Shown piece by piece: positions 58,871-64,000 of a stretch of DNA of 64,000 bases. The position numbers and the translations under genes are program-made. Each line of letters begins with the position of its first letter. The stretch's first letter is position 1. The stretch is from NCBI RefSeq assembly GCF_009914755.1, contig NC_060944.1; one strand, 5' to 3'. Source of the DNA: the human T2T-CHM13v2.0 reference genome, Homo sapiens. The notes below the pieces were generated by a model. That model made no database searches. It was not told the origin of the DNA and worked only from the letters and a program-made list of their open reading frames with translations.

Positions 58871-59751
58871 AGCGCCTGCGATGTAGTAAATGCCCAGTGA
58901 TTCTTAGCCACAGGCAGAAACAGGTTGCTTGGGGGACCCCTCTTCTGGTTAGTGGGGAGGTCTCAGAGAAAGGAGGTGATCAGCTAGCTGGAGACCCCAG
59001 AAAACATCTCCGACAAGAGGAAGCATCTAAGGTCAAAGAACAGCTGGGTGGCTGATTGGTGACATTGACAGCATTCTACTTTCTGAAGCTATAGGAAGAT
59101 AAATCAACTCTATGGGAGCTGGCTCTGGCCTCCTCCAGGGGGTTGGAGGTAGTCACAGTAGAGGGGCTCCTCTAAATTCTCAGAAAGCCATTCTGGGTAA
59201 CTCAGCACCCATGGCTGTGGCCTCCTGGGAGAGGCAGAGATAGAGTCAAGACGTCTGCTCCCCGGCCTGCCCTTTCACTCCCATCTCCTCCACCCTTCAC
59301 AGGCGCCGCTCTCAGTCTGGGCCCCTCTGCAACACCTGGAGATGGGCCAGCTGTGGAGCAAGCATCTGCTCCTTAATCCGCCCCCAGGGTTTGGCCTGCT
59401 GGAGGTGCGGCAGCACCCAAGGGTGAGTGGTTCCGGAAAGGAAGAGACAGCCCTTTGGACACGTTCACGAGTTTGTTCATTTATTCAGTGATTAGACATT
59501 GTTTGGAGCATCTATTGCAAACCAGGCACTGGAGGTGTGGGGCTGTGGGGTCGCCACTAGCTCGGCAGAGGGGGGAAAATGGTACATTTTAGAATCACAA
59601 AAAAATAGCTTCAAATAGTACATAATACCATCTCCTCAGGTCCTGAGACCCTCACCTTGAGCCCACGTGTTCCCTGCCGCTGGGGTTCAGCAAATGGCAG
59701 CGCTTTCATCAAGGTAGAAAAGAAAAACAACAAAAAAGTCAGAGCACCTCA

Positions 59752-59772
59752 CCTGTGCCACCTGGTGGCGGG
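59752..59772 (-). promoter_or_regulatory. CTCF consensus motif (reverse, near-palindromic)
   Basis: Minus strand CGCCACCAGGTGGCAC matches CCASYAGRKGGCRS at every position; in unique GC-rich DNA. Confidence 0.6.
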
Positions 59773-60249
59773 ATCTGTCCGCACTGCAGCCCAGCAGCTT
59801 GCCTCCCGCCACCCACCGCCCCAGGAGGCTAACCCTGCCTGGTGGCTCTGGGACTGGGTGTGAGGAAGGCTCCTGAGGCCTGTCTGGCCTCCAGGATCTG
59901 GGTGAAGCCAGAGAAGCAGGCTCCGAATCACCCCAGCCTTTGCAAAGCCTTAGGAGTCAAGTTGCTGCATATGGGAAGCCTGGGGCTCCGGTAACAGCTC
60001 AGCAAGGCTGCGACAGCCCCGGGCCAGGACTCAGGGCGAAACAACCCTGTTGCTGGCTCCCTGGCTTGGGACAATTTCTAGTTTCCCGAGTCTCAGCTTG
60101 GTCTCCGATGGGGAAAGTGTCCCTTCCTCTCAAAGGTCCATTAGCCCAGGGTGCCTTGATTCAGTGAGGAGGGGTCTGGACTAGATTAGGGACACAGAAT
60201 AAGGAAAATTCCCATATCCCCATTACCAAGAACTCCTACTGCAGGAGAG

Positions 60250-60775
60250 TACAGCGTGGTGTGACAATCAGGGACTCGGGACCAAGAGGCCTGTAACCGA
60301 CTGCTATCCGGCCTCTACCTGTGTGGCTTGGGCAAATTGCTTCACCTCCCAGGGCGTCTTTATTTATGAAAGAGAATAAATGTATCCTGATTATAGTGTT
60401 GTTGCAAGGAGTAAGCAGGAGGATGTAGCCAAAGCACTTAACACAGTGTTTGGCAAGAACTGTTCAATAAATAAATAATTACTATTGTTATTACTATTAT
60501 TTCTTGAGCATTTACGTTCTAGGCACCATAGCAAATGTATAGCAATAGTAATAAACAACATTTGATGAAAGCTTTCTTTATGCCAGGCCCTATGCTGAGA
60601 GCTTTATATTTATTATTTTCATCATTTTGATCCCCACTATTCTATAAGGTAGGCTATAATTACCTCCAATTTTGATGAGGAAACTGAGGCCCAGAGAGGT
60701 TAAGTGACTTGCCCAAGGTCACACAGCCAATAAGGTTCAAAGGTGAGATTAGAACACAAGTCTGTCCACTCCAAA
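60250..60775. mobile_element. Two MIRs tail-to-tail (+ 60250-60480; - 60550-60775)
   Basis: aaagcacttaacacagtg; gaggaaactgaggcccagagaggttaagtgacttgcccaaggtcacacagc. Confidence 0.85.
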
Positions 60776-61267
60776 TGGCTGTGGGAGTTAAAATAGATAT
60801 TCAAAGGTGGCCACATGGTGGGGGGCATTGAGATCTAAGGGACAAAAATGATGAGTTCTTCAGTTTAAGATGAGTTACTCAGGTCGCAATGAACGTGAAG
60901 ATGGAAGTGGCCATTGTGTCCCTTTAGAAGCCTGGGAGTATGGATCAGGAGGCTGCCTGGGAGGTGATATTGCAGCTGCTACAACCTCAGAGAACTGGGA
61001 AAACTTGGGGTGCAGGCCAGAGGGAGCGCAGACTGAGGAGCTGAGCTAGTCTCAGGCTGGCAGCCACTTGGGGCCTCCGCAGGCAGGAGAGCAAAAGTGG
61101 GAGACCAAGAAGTGGGGCATGAAGCTGAAGAAAGAGGAAGGCTCTGTGAGGGTCCCAAAGGGCCTTGTCAGTGATGCCACAGAGTTTAGCCTTTATCCTG
61201 AAAGCCACGGGAAGTCTTGCAAGGAGATTAAGCAGCAAGAGGATCAGGTTGGCATTTAGAAAAATCA

Positions 61268-61656
<389 letters not shown>

Positions 61657-62024
61657 AGAAAAATCACCCTGTTTGCAGCGTGGAAAATGGATTCAGCTGC
61701 CTCCATCTAGTTCTCCAGCCTGTCTTTTAAATATTTTTCACCACAATTAATATACATTCACTGTAACAAATATAAATGGGACAGGAATATGTAACATAAA
61801 AAACTCTCACCCTCCAATTCTAATCTTCAAAAGTAATCACTATACTATAAAGCAGTTTTGACACACACAGTTTCAGATTTTCAGCTACACATATAGACGA
61901 CATGGATACAAATATAAAATTGTCACCTAGCAACTGTTGGGAGAGCCTATCATTTCGGGTGACACCCAGGGTGATGTTTCCCAAATTGCACACCAACCCA
62001 CTCTGGTGACAACGGGGCCCAGAC

Positions 62025-62224
62025 CAGTTGTTCTTAACCAGGCAATCCAGGGGCATTTGGCAATACCTGGACACATTTTCGTTGTCACAATGCAGGTGCT
62101 TGGCAGGAGCTACTGGCATCTAGTGGATCAAGGGTGCTCTGTGAACATCTTATGTATTATAGGATCCCCACAACCAAGTGTCTTCTGGCCCAGATGGCAA
62201 TAGTGCCAAGGCTGATAAACCCTT
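62025..62224 (+). mobile_element. MER20
   Basis: ggcatttggcaat, gttgtcacaa, gctactggcatctagtgg, caatagtgccaagg. Confidence 0.9.
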
Positions 62225-62249
62225 GGGATCTTTGAGGGAATTCCATACT

Positions 62250-62700
62250 GGTGAGATTTGCTAGTTGCAAGGAACAGAAATGCAATTTATTTTTATGGTA
62301 TCAGGCAGCTCCTGAAATTATCTAGAGGCTGCAGAGCCAGGTTCATGCAGCCAGGGACAATGCCCTTCATCCTGATGTGGAACTGGTCAGGTGATGGCAT
62401 GGTGCACCGCTGCACCTGCTGAGCACAGATGCTGCACTTTGCCCCAGACTGTTCTCTGGACTCTGCTTCTGGAACCCGTTGTAGCCATTGCAGCTGCCAC
62501 CTCCCCACAGCTTCATCGGTGCTGCCCGGAGCTGCAGCTTTGCACTGGCAGCTTTCACTATGTGTTTGGGATGGGTGCTTCTGATTGGCTGAGTCTAGGT
62601 CATGTGTTCATGTCCTAGCTGCAAGGGAGTCTAGTAAAATAAGTTTGCCTCATGTTGAGCTCCTATAGGGAATGGCTCTTTGCCTTATAACGCAGAGAAC
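62250..62700 (-). mobile_element. Old MLT1-type LTR remnant
   Basis: agttgcaaggaacagaaa, ctgattggctgagtctaggtcatgtg...cctagctgcaagggag. Confidence 0.65.
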
Positions 62701-63244
62701 TCCTCAGACATGGGATGGAGGTTTGGAGGAACCTGACAAAGGGCCAGTCTATCCAGAGACAGGATGTTCAGTAACAGTACCTCAAGCCACACTGAATTTT
62801 ACTATGAACCATGTATTGTTTCTCTCCTGTTCAGGTCACTTTCTACCTCCTAGGTAATCTGTCTCTGACTCTTGCTCATCTCTCCTGGTAGCAGAGACAG
62901 GCAGGTGTCAGGCTTGGGTCTAGGGTCAGCCACATATCTAGTTAAATACATAATAACTTGTTTTCATGATTTTTCCTCTAATAATCATTTTTAGGCTTTG
63001 TTTTCTCCTGAACTGTTCTTTCTTATGAGATCTTAATGCCATGGATATATTGCATATCTCTTTAGGTTGTCTGTTTATCTGTGTTTTATCAATAAAAAGA
63101 GTAAGACTTTCTTATCCACTCTCCCTCATCCTCCCCAAACAATATTTGCCCTCCTTGGGGCAATTTTGCCCTGCTGAGACTGCATGGAGAGACAGACCTT
63201 ATGTTTAGAGTGTCTCCAACTAGCCTAACATCAGACTTAACAGA

Positions 63245-63380
63245 GGAACCCTCCTAAAAATACAAATCCCTGGCCTTGATCCAGACCTATTGATTCAGAA
63301 ATATCAAGAGAACAACTTGGGAATCTGCATTTTTAACAAGGGCCTCAGGGGATTCTTATGATCAGATAAGTTTTAGAAAT
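63245..63380. mobile_element. MER5-family fragment
   Basis: ccagacctattgattcagaa...ggaatctgcatttttaacaag. Confidence 0.7.
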
Positions 63381-63389
63381 GATCATGTG

Positions 63390-63667
63390 GGCCAGGAGAG
63401 GTGGCTCATGCCTGTAATCCCCGCAATTTGAGAGGCTGAGGTGGAAGGATCCCTTGAGGCCAGAAGTTCAAGATCAGACTGGACAACATAGTAATACCTC
63501 ATCTCTAAAACAACGAAAATAAATTAGTGGGGAGTGGTGGTGTGCACCTATAGTCCCAGCAACTCAAAAGACTGAGTCAGGAGGATCGCTTGAGCGAAGG
63601 AGTTGGAGGCTTCAGTGACCTGTGATTGCACCACTGCACTCCATCGTGGTGACAGAGCGAGACCCTG
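63390..63667 (+). mobile_element. AluJ-like without a tail, abutting MER5-like (63671-63780) and MIR (63820-63990) fragments
   Basis: Alu ends at gagaccctg; followed by cagtggtggctcaaa...ggaatcaccca. Confidence 0.88.
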
Positions 63668-64000
63668 CTTCAGTGGTGGCTCAAAACCGTGGCTGCGGAC
63701 TGGAATCACCCAGGAAATTTAAAATTCGATCCATGTTCTGTCCCCTCCCACAGAGATCCTCAATGAATCAGCGAGGGCATGATGACCCTAATAGGCGGTC
63801 AGGTGGTTAAGGCTCGGATAGGCTGAGTGGGTCGGGATACTGGCGTTGCAGCTCACCAGCTGGGTGTCCTTGGGGAGGTAGCTTGCAGTCTCTGAGCTTC
63901 AACTCCTTGGGCCTGGAAGATGAGGTCTGGTGAGCATCAGTGAGGGGGTGGACATTTCGTGGTCCACACATAGTAGGTTCGAAATAAATGGGAGCTCCTT

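Overview
Primate (human-like) non-coding genomic DNA, intergenic or deep-intronic. I find no protein-coding exon, RNA gene, processed pseudogene or CRISPR array that I can support. Most ORFs in the track are translations of Alu, simple-repeat, L2/MIR or LTR sequence. About 38 Alu copies or fragments (J, S and Y types, about 10 kb in total) sit on an older background of MIR, L2, L1M, MaLR/ERVL LTRs and hAT/TcMar DNA transposon fossils (4x MER20, MER33, MER58A/B, Tigger4a, MER5, MER103). There are also long purine microsatellites and a ~23-unit minisatellite. Between the repeats are several repeat-free islands (about 1-320, 2880-3110, 8100-9380, 16420-17460, 21240-22590, 35780-36240, 37450-39400, 55400-55900) with enhancer-like motif content, repeatedly PBX-HOX/MEIS (TALE) sites. 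The best candidate for a hidden system is a cis-regulatory one, and it is inference only: TALE/HOX enhancer islands, a nuclear-receptor/E-box minisatellite and a CCAAT/GC-box promoter-like module lie between a convergent pair of CTCF-like motifs at ~13.4 kb (+) and ~59.76 kb (-). The most solid oddities are fossil rearrangements: a double fold-back repair scar at 28.25 kb, a 107-bp internally deleted Alu with a perfect 17-bp TSD, a trimeric Alu, and one target site hit by both an L1 and an Alu. Repeat subfamily names come from remembered consensus features, old-repeat boundaries are approximate, and I could not assign the locus.
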